The notes under the pieces were generated by a model. The model worked only from the letters and a program-made list of their open reading frames with translations. It was not told where the DNA came from and made no database searches. The translations under genes and the position numbers were made by a program. This document shows positions 20,734 to 30,600 of a stretch of DNA of 64,000 nt, piece after piece (the stretch's first letter is position 1; each line of letters opens with the position of its first letter). The stretch is taken from contig CBDCYI010000009.1 in assembly GCA_965224085.1 (NCBI GenBank), positions 320,001 through 384,000 of the forward strand, given 5' to 3'. This stretch comes from Candidatus Marinacidobacterales bacterium. Lineage in GTDB: Bacteria > Acidobacteriota > Vicinamibacteria > Marinacidobacterales > SMYC01.

Positions 20734-21033
20734 AACTCCCCGTCGCCGTTGTCGCGTTCGTCACAGCGTGAGATATTCGCTGACAAAACGCCAGATCCAT
20801 TGGTAGCGAGCTCCTTCGTCCGAACGCAGGGGATTCTAAGTCCCCGGACTGGGCGGGACTACGACGTCCGATCGTCCCATCTGACATCAGGTCAGCATAT
20901 ACGCATGTTAGACTAACTTTCGGCTACGCCAAGACGTGAGAGAGATTGAAGTTCTCCTTGTGCAGAACCGGGCGGCACGTCTGCCGCGCCAGATCCCGGC
21001 GAATTCGTGTGCAAGGCAATAGCCCGGGCCAGA

Positions 21034-21318
21034 ATGTTTCCACGGATATCGAAACGCCTTCGCGAGCTCGTCCGAACGAAGCAGTACTTGATGACGCTGC
21101 ACGCAGAAGAGGAAATGGACGAAGACGGTTGAGCATATTCGATGTCGAGAATTGCCTGCTGAGCGGCGAGATAATTGAACGCCAAAAAGATCAAGCAACC
21201 ACAGAGTGGAAGTATCTCGTCTGCGGCGGAACATTGGAATGAGAGCAAGCAAATCGTGGTCGTGGCCAAGTTTTCGCCAACCGGCAAGTTGGTTATCATT
21301 ACAGTATATGAAGAATAG
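21034..21318 (+). pseudogene. DUF4258-family type II TA toxin, double frameshift
   Basis: MFPRISKRLRELVRTKQYLMTLHAEEEMDEDG / SIFDVENCLLSGEIIERQKD...KYLVCG / IVVVAKFSPTGKLVIITVY in alternating frames. Confidence 0.8.
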
Positions 21319-21571
21319 GAAGAATTCCTCGCCCCTCGCCTGCGATCTGTGCGGCGGGCGCGGAGCCAAAATCCGTTACGTCACTCGAAGCTACGGGAAG
21401 GGTGCCAATTTGCTGGTGATCGAGAATGTTCCAGTCGTCAGCTGCCCCAATTGTGGTGAGAGCTATGTCACCGCGGAAACACTTCATGAGCTCGAACGCA
21501 TCAAGACACATCGACGTTCCCTGGCAAAGAAGAGAAACGTCCCTATCGCAAGTTTCCCAAGATCTGCTTGA
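21308..21571 (+). CDS. YgiT-type zinc-finger (MqsA-like) antitoxin
   Basis: CDLCG...VIENVPVVSCPNCGESY; overlaps the toxin 3' end. Confidence 0.85.
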   Translation: MKNRKNSSPLACDLCGGRGAKIRYVTRSYGKGANLLVIENVPVVSCPNCGESYVTAETLHELERIKTHRRSLAKKRNVPIASFPRSA

Positions 21572-22320
21572 TCACTTGATTCTCGTCGCGATCGAGTTTG
21601 TGCACCCCACGGGAAGCGCCGTAGAGAAAGACCGCGATCCAGACAGCGGTCTCACCGACATACATCGCGCGCGGAATCGTGCGTCCCGGGTTCTTGAGCT
21701 CCGCGGCGAGCGGCGTCACGAACTCACAACCGACGAACAAAAAAAAGCGCGAGACCCACGAGCGAAAGCGTCGAGATGAGATCGATGCCCACCTGCGGTG
21801 CACCGAAAGGCCCGCGAGGTCAGCGACAGGCTCGCGCACGACCCCCGCGATGCCGAACAGACAGAGTGTTCCCCATATGAAGGCCGTCATCGCGACCTCG
21901 AATTTCGCGTAGAGATCGATACCGAGCCCGTTCACGACCGCAAAGAACATAACGAGGCCCACGCCAATTTTCCACGAGCCCCCGTCGGCCATTCCTGAGA
22001 AGGCCGCGAAGTTCACGCTGGCAAACACCCCCGCTACCGCGACCTCGGCGGTTCCAGCGAAGATGTGTACGATCAGATAGCCGGAGAGCGTCCCGGTGAT
22101 AGCGGGAAACCGGCCGAGCCCGCAACTGATGTAATCGTACACGGAGGCAGCGGTAGGTATCATCCCAGCTGCTTCGGCGAAGCTCGCCGTCTGTGCCAGC
22201 ATGAGAACGAAAGCGATAGCGACCGCGAGCGCAAGAGTGCCGCCGCGGATCCCGAACCCGGTTGTCGCGGTGAGTAAGACCGAGCCAGCGATGATGAGGC
22301 CGACCGCGGTCGAGCGCAGC
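21560..22320 (-). pseudogene. APC amino-acid permease fragment
   Basis: SFAEAAGMIPTAASVYDY, FLFVGCEFVTPLAAELKNPGRTIPRAM; both ends missing. Confidence 0.8.
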
Positions 22321-22324
22321 TCGG

Positions 22325-23278
22325 TCACGCGTGCACCCTGGGGAAAGCTGCCCGAACCTCGTCGTAGAGGGGACCGACATCTTTCTCGTAGCGTTTGGAG
22401 AAATGAAACGGCACGAGCGTGCGAACATCCGCCGCGGAAGCGATCTCGCCACAAGCACGCGCCGTAAGGTGCTGCGTCGCCCGCGCAAGATGGGCGTCTT
22501 TCGAATGAAACGTCGCCTCGCAAATAAAAATAGCGGCTTCTCGCGCGAGCGCGGCCAGCCTTTGTCGATTCGACGCGTTGTCGTCGAGATCGGTTGCATA
22601 GCAAAGCTTGCTTCCTGGACACTCGAGCACGAGCTCGCGCGCGAGCGACTCCACGCACCGTGAGCTCCCATCCGCAAGCTCGACCTGGGCGTCGCGCTCG
22701 CCGCGATGAAGATGCGTCTTGAGCTTGCCCAGCCACGCGCCCGGGTCGTAGCCGCCCCTTACGAGAGCGTCCTTTCTCACTTGAAACACGCGCGCCTCCT
22801 CGAGGGCAAAGGCGAGAACCGGGATCCCGTGATCGAGCGTCGTCACCCGCACACGGAACGCTGCTTCGTCCACTAGGACGCCATGGACGAGCGGCTGCGT
22901 CCCCAAAGGATCGAGCCCATCCACGCCGACTTTGAGACGGTAGCTCACGGTCGCGCTCTCTCCCACTTCCGTGAGCTCGAAGACCGGCCCGCGCTCACCG
23001 ATGCGATCCCAATGGATGCCGGCGAGCATCCCTCGGATATGCCCCACGAGTCCCGGTGGTTCGAAGAGGCGCCGCGGCACGGGCGAGCCGAGACACGAGC
23101 GTAAAAACCAGAGAAATCCGCCGATATGATCGAAGTGCGCGTGCGAGATGAAAACATCCGAGACTTGATGCACGATGCGCGCGGGAAGACGCGCGGAGTC
23201 TCCGAGATCGAAGAGAAGGCTGCGTTTTTGATTGCGCAGTCGAATGTGGAGGAGCGGGTCGCCGAAGACGCCGTTCAC
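22325..23278 (-). CDS. RNase Z-like MBL-fold hydrolase (C-terminal part of a Clp1-like fusion)
   Basis: NGVFGDP, LLFDLGD, SHAHFDH, LDHGIP, YATD, CEATF, HLTA, PFHFSKRY. Confidence 0.85.
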   Translation of the reverse strand: MNGVFGDPLLHIRLRNQKRSLLFDLGDSARLPARIVHQVSDVFISHAHFDHIGGFLWFLRSCLGSPVPRRLFEPPGLVGHIRGMLAGIHWDRIGERGPVFELTEVGESATVSYRLKVGVDGLDPLGTQPLVHGVLVDEAAFRVRVTTLDHGIPVLAFALEEARVFQVRKDALVRGGYDPGAWLGKLKTHLHRGERDAQVELADGSSRCVESLARELVLECPGSKLCYATDLDDNASNRQRLAALAREAAIFICEATFHSKDAHLARATQHLTARACGEIASAADVRTLVPFHFSKRYEKDVGPLYDEVRAAFPRVHA

Positions 23279-23380
23279 GAGAACCGCCTTGGCCGAGGAC
23301 AGACTCAGGGTCCGCGACGCCGCGATAACGTAGTCCTTTGCCTCTAGATCGGGCTGCGTGTCGCCCGCTGAAATCGGGGC

Positions 23381-24169
23381 TCAGCGATCCGTCGCTAACA
23401 AGCCGTCGGTCGATCGCCGCGCGTCCCGCGTCAGAAGTGCACGCACGTCCTGTTTGTCGAACGACGCGGCTTTCACCAGAAGCTTCTGTCCCTCGATCCC
23501 GAGAGCCTCGCCGAGCACGAGCGTTCTCTGCTGCGCATCCAAGAGAGCAACTTGCCGTCCCGGCCACGCCTCGATCGCTTCGACCGACGGAGGCGCGCCC
23601 AAAAGGCTCACATCGTCCAATGCGACGGCCGACGTCGTGGCGCCATCGAGATAGTCGTCCCAGAGGCCTGTGCGGCCTGTCCGGTTACGCGACGGGTCCT
23701 GCTCACCCGCAACGGCGAGCCACTCGACACCGCCGGTCGCGAGCTCGTGGACGAGCGCCGCCTCTGCCTCCTCCGAGCCCACGAGAACCGCTCCGGCACC
23801 TAGAAGCGTGACAGCGCCCGTGACGAGCTCCGCTGCCGCCATGCCTCGCGTGATCCCCGGCAGCTGAACCAAAGCGCCGCCGGAGACGGCCCGCTTTAGC
23901 GCGATGAGAAGCGGCAGTCGGAACCTTGCGGCGTCGAGCGTGCAGAGAGCCTCTACGCGGATGAGTTGCCACCCTCCACCTTCGTAGCCCCCGGTACCGA
24001 TAGCCCCGGGGGCGCCGAACAGAGGAGCGCCGATATCGGCGGTCACCACGACGCGACCTGAGGCGCGCGCCAGCTCGGCCACGAAAGACCGGGAGACCCC
24101 GAGAAGGAGACCCGGGCCCGACGCGCCCGACGCGGATGCCAAACGCTCCGCGACGGCGTCAGGGGTCAT
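23381..24169 (-). CDS. Clp1-like polynucleotide-kinase-fold domain (degenerate), in frame with the RNase Z-like ORF
   Basis: TADIGAPLFGAPGAIG resembles the Clp1 DxDxGQ..GPP motif; RTGLWDDYL, GRQVALLD...LGE C-domain; Walker A not evident. Confidence 0.6.
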   Translation of the reverse strand: MTPDAVAERLASASGASGPGLLLGVSRSFVAELARASGRVVVTADIGAPLFGAPGAIGTGGYEGGGWQLIRVEALCTLDAARFRLPLLIALKRAVSGGALVQLPGITRGMAAAELVTGAVTLLGAGAVLVGSEEAEAALVHELATGGVEWLAVAGEQDPSRNRTGRTGLWDDYLDGATTSAVALDDVSLLGAPPSVEAIEAWPGRQVALLDAQQRTLVLGEALGIEGQKLLVKAASFDKQDVRALLTRDARRSTDGLLATDR

Positions 24170-24170
24170 T

Positions 24171-24345
24171 CTATTGCGACGCGTTCTCGACGAGACGCCT
24201 CGGTAACGGGAAAGGCGCGAACATTGCGTCACCCTCGAGGATCTTCTCTTCGATCAACTCCAACGTGTCCCCATCGTAGATTTTGAGCCGGTCGCCCACG
24301 CCTCCGACGATGAGCTTCGAGCCATCCTCGGAACTTGGACGTGTC
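24171..24345 (-). pseudogene. beta-propeller C-terminal remnant (quinohemoprotein amine dehydrogenase beta-subunit-like)
   Basis: SEDGSKLIVGGVGDRLKIYDGDTLELI...LEGD. Confidence 0.5.
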
Positions 24346-24610
24346 GATTGTCGCGACGGCTCCGGCCGCATAGAGAGCCGCCGTTGTACCGGTGAACCAT
24401 GTCGGGAACAACATCGCGTTGGAGCGCTGCGCTCAGCGTCCCTTCGGTACGATAGCCGAGCTTCGCGTCACGAAGAACCGCACCGCTTTCGAGCATCAAG
24501 TCACCAATCGCTGCGATTTGTAAAGGCGGCGGCTGTGCGGCGCGCGCGCTCGCGGAGATGATGACCGCCAGCGCTGCTGCAGCTTTAATCCATTTCCCCG
24601 TCACGCTCAT
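24345..24610 (-). pseudogene. secreted MetX-like alpha/beta hydrolase N-terminal remnant
   Basis: Signal peptide, GDLMLESGAVLRDAKLGYRTEGTL, then a frameshift to LFPTWFTGT. Confidence 0.7.
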
Positions 24611-25179
24611 CGCCTGAGAATCGGATAAAACTGCGTGAACACGTTATCGACCGCGCCGTGCTCCTCGTGGCAGTCGAAGCAGCGCGCCTTCGGAAAAGGC
24701 GACGCGGTCGCGCCCGTGAAGGTGACGTAACCCCATTTTTCCTCGAACCGTTCGCTGTCTTTGATCGCCGCCGAAAGTCCGACGAAGGCGTCTTCGAAAT
24801 AGCCTCCGGTCAACTCGGATTTCGGCTCCCGAGTTCCCGTCTCGTAGGTCTCCATCGCAAGGATGGTCTTTTCCGGAAAGACACCGTTCTCCATGAAATA
24901 GTCATAAGCCTCGGGCTGGATATAGACGTTGTGGAAGCTGCCCGGGCCTTCGTCTTCGGCCTCGCCGTCTTTCGTGTAGCGTAGCCCAAGAGAAGCTCCG
25001 ACGAACACCCAGCGGCGATATCCTTCCGGCCGAAGCATGTCGCCCGCGGCGTCATATTCTGGGGCGGTCATGTCCTCGCGCCCGCTGGCCGCTTTCGAGA
25101 CTTCGATGCCACAGCCAGCACCGGCCAGAATAGCCAGCAGCAGCACAATGGATTGGATTTGCATGCCTCTATGTAACAC
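24607..25179 (-). CDS. cytochrome P460 family lipoprotein
   Basis: RPEGYRRWVFVG, FHNVYI, FPEKTIL, C-terminal CFDCH, DNVFTQFYP. Confidence 0.88.
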   Translation of the reverse strand: MLHRGMQIQSIVLLLAILAGAGCGIEVSKAASGREDMTAPEYDAAGDMLRPEGYRRWVFVGASLGLRYTKDGEAEDEGPGSFHNVYIQPEAYDYFMENGVFPEKTILAMETYETGTREPKSELTGGYFEDAFVGLSAAIKDSERFEEKWGYVTFTGATASPFPKARCFDCHEEHGAVDNVFTQFYPILRR

Positions 25180-25281
25180 GAAGAAGCAGCATCTGACTAC
25201 GTCGTGATGGGCACGCTTGCGTGGCTCCGGGCGCCGCGTTTAAATCGCATCCAAACCGAAGAATCGACCGCGTTAGCGATG

Positions 25282-26157
25282 TCAGTCGGTTTTTGAGGGC
25301 TCGAGCTTCTTCCCGGGACGCGACGCATCTCGGTACATAATGTCGTAGCTCATACCGGGCGCGGTTGGGAGCTTTTTGATCATGCGCTCGTACTCGTCTA
25401 GCACCTTCGGCACATAGTCGCGCGTCTCCGCCGACGCCCTATGGCTGCGGGCGCGATAGAAGTCGGCATTGACGGGGCCGCCGTTATATTCCGCAAGCGC
25501 CATCCCGACATCGTTGTAGGTCGTCATGAGCACGTCCAGATAGAGCGCCGCCATCTCGGTATTTCGGCGGGAGTCGAACAGCATATCGTCGGTATAGGTC
25601 CAGCCGAGCATGCCCGCCAGCATCCGACCCGTTGAGGGCCAAATCTGGTAGAGGCCCCGCGCATCGGCATGACTGCGAGCGTCCGTCTGAAACCGGCTCT
25701 CCACGATGCCCACCGAAAGAAGAAGCACCGGATCCACGGAGGGATACTTGTCCGTAGCCGCCATCAGAAGCTCCGCTTAGTTATAGGCTTCGCCGAGACT
25801 GATCTCTTCGTTCACGCGCAAGATCTCGTCGCGAATGCCGAGTAGTAGCTGTTGGCGCGTCGAGTCGAATTGAACGCTGGCCTTGAGCTCCTGCAAACCC
25901 GCTTGCATCTCGCCGACAGTGTCCCGCAGGCGATCTTCGAGAACGATCGCGCGCTGGAAGGCGTAAAAGGCCAGCCCGATCGCCGCAACGAAGAGCACGC
26001 ACAGACTGAACAAGGCCGTCGACTGCCATGCCATGCTTCGTACCGGCGGGCGCCTCGGGAGCGTTTTCGGCCTACGGCGCTCTACCGCGGGTCGCGACTC
26101 TTGCTTTTTTTCAGTTAGCTCGAGCACTTCTCCCCCCGCTTCGTTGAGGTTGAGCAT
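25282..26157 (-). pseudogene. membrane-anchored lytic transglycosylase (SLT) with one in-frame TAA
   Basis: TM + coiled coil (26157-25780), TAA 25777-25779, same frame continues to VESRF, ARGLYQI, ALAEYNGG, ETRDYV. Confidence 0.8.
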
Positions 26158-26240
26158 TGGGAAAAATCTCCCTTTAATGGACTCGAAAGATCGAATTTTG
26201 CTATCCGATCAGTATGCAGGGCAGGGCCAAAACGCGCAAA

Positions 26241-27560
26241 TCAACCGCGATAGATTCCGTTCGCGACCAGGACGCGATATGCTGGGAACATCATGGAGGT
26301 GTTTCCCAACAGTCGACCGCCGAAAAGCGCCAAAACGGCACCAACAACACCCACCAAGTCCAGCACGCGGATGTTGAGGAACAAGAACCCCACGATGGCG
26401 GTGACCTCGATGAGGGTCGCGACGGTGACAGGGCGCGTATAGCGGCCGAAAACCAGGATGGAACGCTGAAACGCCAGGAGCACCGAGAAGAACGGGATCA
26501 AGCTGAACAATCGCAATGGGCGTATCGACAGTTCGACGAGCTCTTTCGAGAGTCCCGAAACAGTTTGGAACCAGATCCCCGCGAGCGGCGTGAACGCGAT
26601 GACGAAAAGTCCTACCGTCGCCGACACCCCAAGTGCGAACGCGAAGCGCGCGATGAGGCGAAAGTTCTCGCGCGTGCCGTCGAGTAGAGTGATCGCTACC
26701 TCCTGGTACGAAAGCGCCACGCTGCGAAAGATGAACGTGAGGGCGGTGACCACCGGGTAGACGGCGAGAGATTCGAGCGCCAAGCGGCTCTGTCCGAGTG
26801 AAAACGTCACCATCGGATGAACGGCGAGCGAGATCACGGACGTCAAGCCCAAAGGCAAATAGAAGTCGGCGATACGCCGATAGGTCAAGACATCCGGGCT
26901 AGGTTCAATCGCTCGAATGCGATCGGGAATGCGAAGCGCCATGAGCCTCGTCGCCAGCGACTCGAAGACGACACCCGACGAGAGCGACGCTGCGCCCACG
27001 AGCGCTCCGGGAAGCCGGAAATGAACGTAGAGCACGACAGCCGTCGTGGCCATCGTGACGATCCGAACCCCCGTGCCATAGGCGACGCGTCGCGTCATTT
27101 CGTGGCGGATGAGAAGACCTTGGTAAAAGCGCCGATAGCCGATCGCGGCCGGCCAGGGAAGTAGGAGCACCAGGGACTGATGCGTCAAGACAGCGACTTC
27201 AGCCGGGAGGCGAAGGACATCTCCCGCGAGCCAGTCGAACACCGGCTGCCAAATTACGACGGCCATGAGAAGCGTGATCAGAAGATTGAGCGCATAACTG
27301 AAGTTCCGCAGCTTTCGGAACGAGTCCCAGTCCTCGACGAGTGCCGCCGTCGCGCTCAAGATCATTATGATGGGAGCCTCAACGATGATGGCGAGCGCAA
27401 AGGCGACGCCATAGGCGGCGAGATTGAACGTCGGCTCGGGAAGGCGCGCGATCACCGCGGCAAGGAACGGTCCCTCGGCCGATATCATCAGCCAGGTGGC
27501 CGCGAGCGGCACCCAGAGACGAAAAATTCTTTCGTACGTTAGAGCGATGGGCGCTGGCAT
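26241..27560 (-). CDS. MATE-superfamily / ANKH-like membrane exporter
   Basis: About 12 TM with two homologous halves (WVPLAATWL / YLPLGLTSV; LAAYGVAF / LAVYPVVT). Confidence 0.75.
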   Translation of the reverse strand: MPAPIALTYERIFRLWVPLAATWLMISAEGPFLAAVIARLPEPTFNLAAYGVAFALAIIVEAPIIMILSATAALVEDWDSFRKLRNFSYALNLLITLLMAVVIWQPVFDWLAGDVLRLPAEVAVLTHQSLVLLLPWPAAIGYRRFYQGLLIRHEMTRRVAYGTGVRIVTMATTAVVLYVHFRLPGALVGAASLSSGVVFESLATRLMALRIPDRIRAIEPSPDVLTYRRIADFYLPLGLTSVISLAVHPMVTFSLGQSRLALESLAVYPVVTALTFIFRSVALSYQEVAITLLDGTRENFRLIARFAFALGVSATVGLFVIAFTPLAGIWFQTVSGLSKELVELSIRPLRLFSLIPFFSVLLAFQRSILVFGRYTRPVTVATLIEVTAIVGFLFLNIRVLDLVGVVGAVLALFGGRLLGNTSMMFPAYRVLVANGIYRG

Positions 27561-28696
27561 CGGTCATTGGGGAGCCGGAGCTCGAACGCGCTCGCGAGGC
27601 TGTCTGCGACCGCGAGACCATCGATGGTAGGCGAGAGGCGGCGGCCCTCGAGCTTGACGAGACCTTCGTCGGAAAGCCGGCTCACGAGCTCACGATTCGT
27701 CTCGATTAGATCCACGCCGAACGTTTTCTCGAGGGTCTCGAAATTTACGCCGTCCTGCGTCCGGAAGCGCAGCATGAGCGTTTCGAGGAGGAAGTCTTCG
27801 TCATCGAGCACTTCCCTCCCCTCGACCGGGCTTTCATCTCGCTCGAGACGCTTCTCCCATGCGAAGAACGAGCGCACGTTCCACGAACGGCTCCGCCCGT
27901 CGAACGCGTGCGCCGACGGTCCTACGCCGAGGTAGGGCGTGTGGTTCCAATACTTCTCGTTGTGACGCGAGCGATGCTCGGGGCCGCGCGCGAAGTTCGA
28001 GACTTCGTAGCCATCATAATCCGCAGCGCCGAGCACGCGATGGGATTCGCGAAAGAGCGCCCCTTGCATCGTGTCGTCCAACTCGACGAGGCGGCCCTCT
28101 CTCTTTCGGCGCCCGAACATGGTCTTCGTGTGGACGGTGAGCTGGTAGCAGCTCACATGATCGGGCTCGAGTGCGACCGCGTCTTCGAGCTCGCGCCGCC
28201 AATCGGAGAGCGGCTGCCCGGGCCATCCAAAAATCAAGTCGATCGAGACGGTGTGGAAAGAAGCCGCCTTGGCGACCTCGAGCGCACGGCGCGACGCATC
28301 CGCCGAATGGCGTCGTCCGAGCAGCGCGAGTGCTTTGTCCTGAAAGGATTGGATCCCGAGACTGAGCGTATCCACACCGAGCGCCTTCCATGCTGCAACC
28401 GTCTCCTCGTTCACGTCTTCAGGATTGGCCTCGAGAAACACCCGCGCCCCGGAAGCGAGCTGTGCTGCGCCCAGGATCGCGCCAAGGCCGTCGGGCTCCA
28501 AAAGCGAAGGTGTTCCGCCACCGAAATAAAGCGTGTCAAAGGCGGCGGGCCCTTGCCGGGTCTCGAGCTCCCGCAGAAGGCTCTTCGTGTAGCGCTCGCG
28601 CCGGCTCGCGAGTGTATCCGTCACGACCGCAAAGTCGCAATAGGGGCAAATGGCCGAGCAAAAAGGAACGTGTACGTAGAGCCCCGGCTCACTCAT
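27539..28696 (-). CDS. hemW: radical SAM heme chaperone HemW
   Basis: LYVHVPFCSAICPYCDF, GGGTPS, YEVSNFA, SRHNEKYW; downstream of lepA. Confidence 0.92.
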   Translation of the reverse strand: MSEPGLYVHVPFCSAICPYCDFAVVTDTLASRRERYTKSLLRELETRQGPAAFDTLYFGGGTPSLLEPDGLGAILGAAQLASGARVFLEANPEDVNEETVAAWKALGVDTLSLGIQSFQDKALALLGRRHSADASRRALEVAKAASFHTVSIDLIFGWPGQPLSDWRRELEDAVALEPDHVSCYQLTVHTKTMFGRRKREGRLVELDDTMQGALFRESHRVLGAADYDGYEVSNFARGPEHRSRHNEKYWNHTPYLGVGPSAHAFDGRSRSWNVRSFFAWEKRLERDESPVEGREVLDDEDFLLETLMLRFRTQDGVNFETLEKTFGVDLIETNRELVSRLSDEGLVKLEGRRLSPTIDGLAVADSLASAFELRLPNDRCQRPSL

Positions 28697-30488
28697 CCGA
28701 CTTGAGCACAGCGACGAAGGCCGATTGGGGGATCTCGACCGCGCCCACCATCTTCATGCGCTTTTTGCCCTCTTTTTGCTTCTCGATCAGCTTTCTCTTT
28801 CGGGTGATGTCGCCGCCATAGCATTTAGCGGTGACGTCTTTGCGATAGGCGTTGATGGTCGTGCGCGCGATGATCTTGGCGCCAATCGCACCCTGGATGG
28901 CGATTTTGAACTGCTGCTTGGGGATCGTGTCGGCAAGGCGCTCGCAATAGCGAAGCGCGCGCGCCCGGGCCTTGTCTTCGTGCACGAGCTGCGACAAAGC
29001 GTCGACCTTCTCGCTGTTGACGAGGATGTCGACTTTCACAATCTTGGTCTCGCGATAGTCGAGCATCTCATAGTCGAACGAGCCGTAACCCTGAGTGACG
29101 GTTTTGAGACGATCGTAGAAATCGAAAAGCACTTCCGCGAGGGGAAGCTCGGACGTGAGCTCGACCCGCCCGACGGATAGATAATTGAACGTCGAGCCCA
29201 AGCCACGCCGATCGCGGCAGAGCTCCATGATGACACCGACATAGCGCTCCGGGATCATGATCGACGCCTTGATGAAAGGCTCTTCGGTCCGGGAAATCTT
29301 CATCGGATCAGGGTATTCGCTCGGGTTGTCGATCATGGCCGTCGCGCCGTCCTCGAGCGCGACGCGATAGCGGACCGACGGCGCCGAGAGCAGAAGCGAC
29401 AGGCCGTATTCTCGCCGCAAGCGCTCCTGGATGACGTCGAGATGCAAGAGACCCAGAAAACCGCAGCGAAAGCCGAAACCGAGGGCCGCCGAGGAGTCTT
29501 TCTCGAAAGTCAAGGCGGGATCGTTCAGCGCGAGCTTGTCGAGCGCCTTCGTCAAGTCTTCGTAGTCGTCCGTCGACATCGGATAGATCGACGAGAATAC
29601 GACAGGCTTCGCTTCCTTGTAGCCGGGTAGCGGCTCCGAAGCCGGGTTTCTGACGTCGGTGATCGTGTCTCCAATCGCGATGTCGCGGATGGTCTTGATG
29701 TTGGCGATCACATAGCCCACCGCGCCCGCTGTGAGCTCCTTCATCTTGACCCGTTTGAGCCGCAACAGGCCAACTTCCTCGACGTCGTACTCCTTTCCCG
29801 TGTGCATCAAGCGGATGGTCTGTCTTGGTGCGAGCATGCCTTCCTTGACGCGGCACACAACGACGACGCCGCGATAAGCGTCATATTGAGCGTCGAAGAT
29901 CAACGCTTGCGTCGGTTTTTCCGAGTCTCCCGAGGGTGCTGGGAGCTTTTCCACGATGGCTTCGAGAAGCTCGTCGATCCCGTGCCCTAGCTTGGCCGAG
30001 ACCGAAACGGCCTCGAAAGGGTCAAGCCCTAAATCCGCCTCGATCTCTTCACGCGCGCGGTCGATATCAGCAGCCGGCAGGTCGATCTTATTGATGACAG
30101 GAAGTATTTCTAGCTCGTACTCCATGGCCAAGTAGAGATTCGCGACCGTTTGCGCTTCCACTCCCTGTGAGGCATCGACGAGCATGAGCGCGCCTTCACA
30201 CGACATGAGAGAGCGCCGGACTTCGTGCGAGAAGTCCACGTGACCGGGGGTATCGATGAGATTGAGCTGGTACTGCTGGCCGTCCTTGGAGTCATAAATG
30301 AGCGTGACGGTGTTGCTCTTGATGGTGATGCCCCGCTCGCGCTCGAGCTCCATCGAGTCGAGGATCTGGTCCCGGAACTCACGTTCCGGGACGCCTCCGC
30401 AGCGTTGAATGAGCCGATCGGCAAGCGTCGATTTCCCGTGGTCGATATGCGCGATGATGCAGAAATTGCGTACTTGTTTGAGTGACAT
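28689..30488 (-). CDS. lepA: translation elongation factor 4 (LepA)
   Basis: RNFCIIAHIDHGKSTLADR, DTPGHVDF, GFRCGFLGLLH, KCYGGDITRKRKL. Confidence 0.98.
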   Translation of the reverse strand: MSLKQVRNFCIIAHIDHGKSTLADRLIQRCGGVPEREFRDQILDSMELERERGITIKSNTVTLIYDSKDGQQYQLNLIDTPGHVDFSHEVRRSLMSCEGALMLVDASQGVEAQTVANLYLAMEYELEILPVINKIDLPAADIDRAREEIEADLGLDPFEAVSVSAKLGHGIDELLEAIVEKLPAPSGDSEKPTQALIFDAQYDAYRGVVVVCRVKEGMLAPRQTIRLMHTGKEYDVEEVGLLRLKRVKMKELTAGAVGYVIANIKTIRDIAIGDTITDVRNPASEPLPGYKEAKPVVFSSIYPMSTDDYEDLTKALDKLALNDPALTFEKDSSAALGFGFRCGFLGLLHLDVIQERLRREYGLSLLLSAPSVRYRVALEDGATAMIDNPSEYPDPMKISRTEEPFIKASIMIPERYVGVIMELCRDRRGLGSTFNYLSVGRVELTSELPLAEVLFDFYDRLKTVTQGYGSFDYEMLDYRETKIVKVDILVNSEKVDALSQLVHEDKARARALRYCERLADTIPKQQFKIAIQGAIGAKIIARTTINAYRKDVTAKCYGGDITRKRKLIEKQKEGKKRMKMVGAVEIPQSAFVAVLKSDE

Positions 30489-30600
30489 GGTCGGCTAAAC
30501 CCTTGATTTTAGCACGGATAAATCTTTGGCCTTGACGAAAGCAGTCGTCCCGTATTAAACGAAGCCGGGTGGAGCACTAATTTTGAATTGGGAGGCATTG

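Noticed and set aside
20818-20913. Second attC (TCCGAAC...GTTAGAC)
   Set aside because: R' core is good but the L boxes do not pair; kept only as supporting context
25777-25779. Recoding at the SLT internal stop
   Set aside because: The stop is TAA, which is not used for Sec or Pyl; a nonsense mutation is more parsimonious
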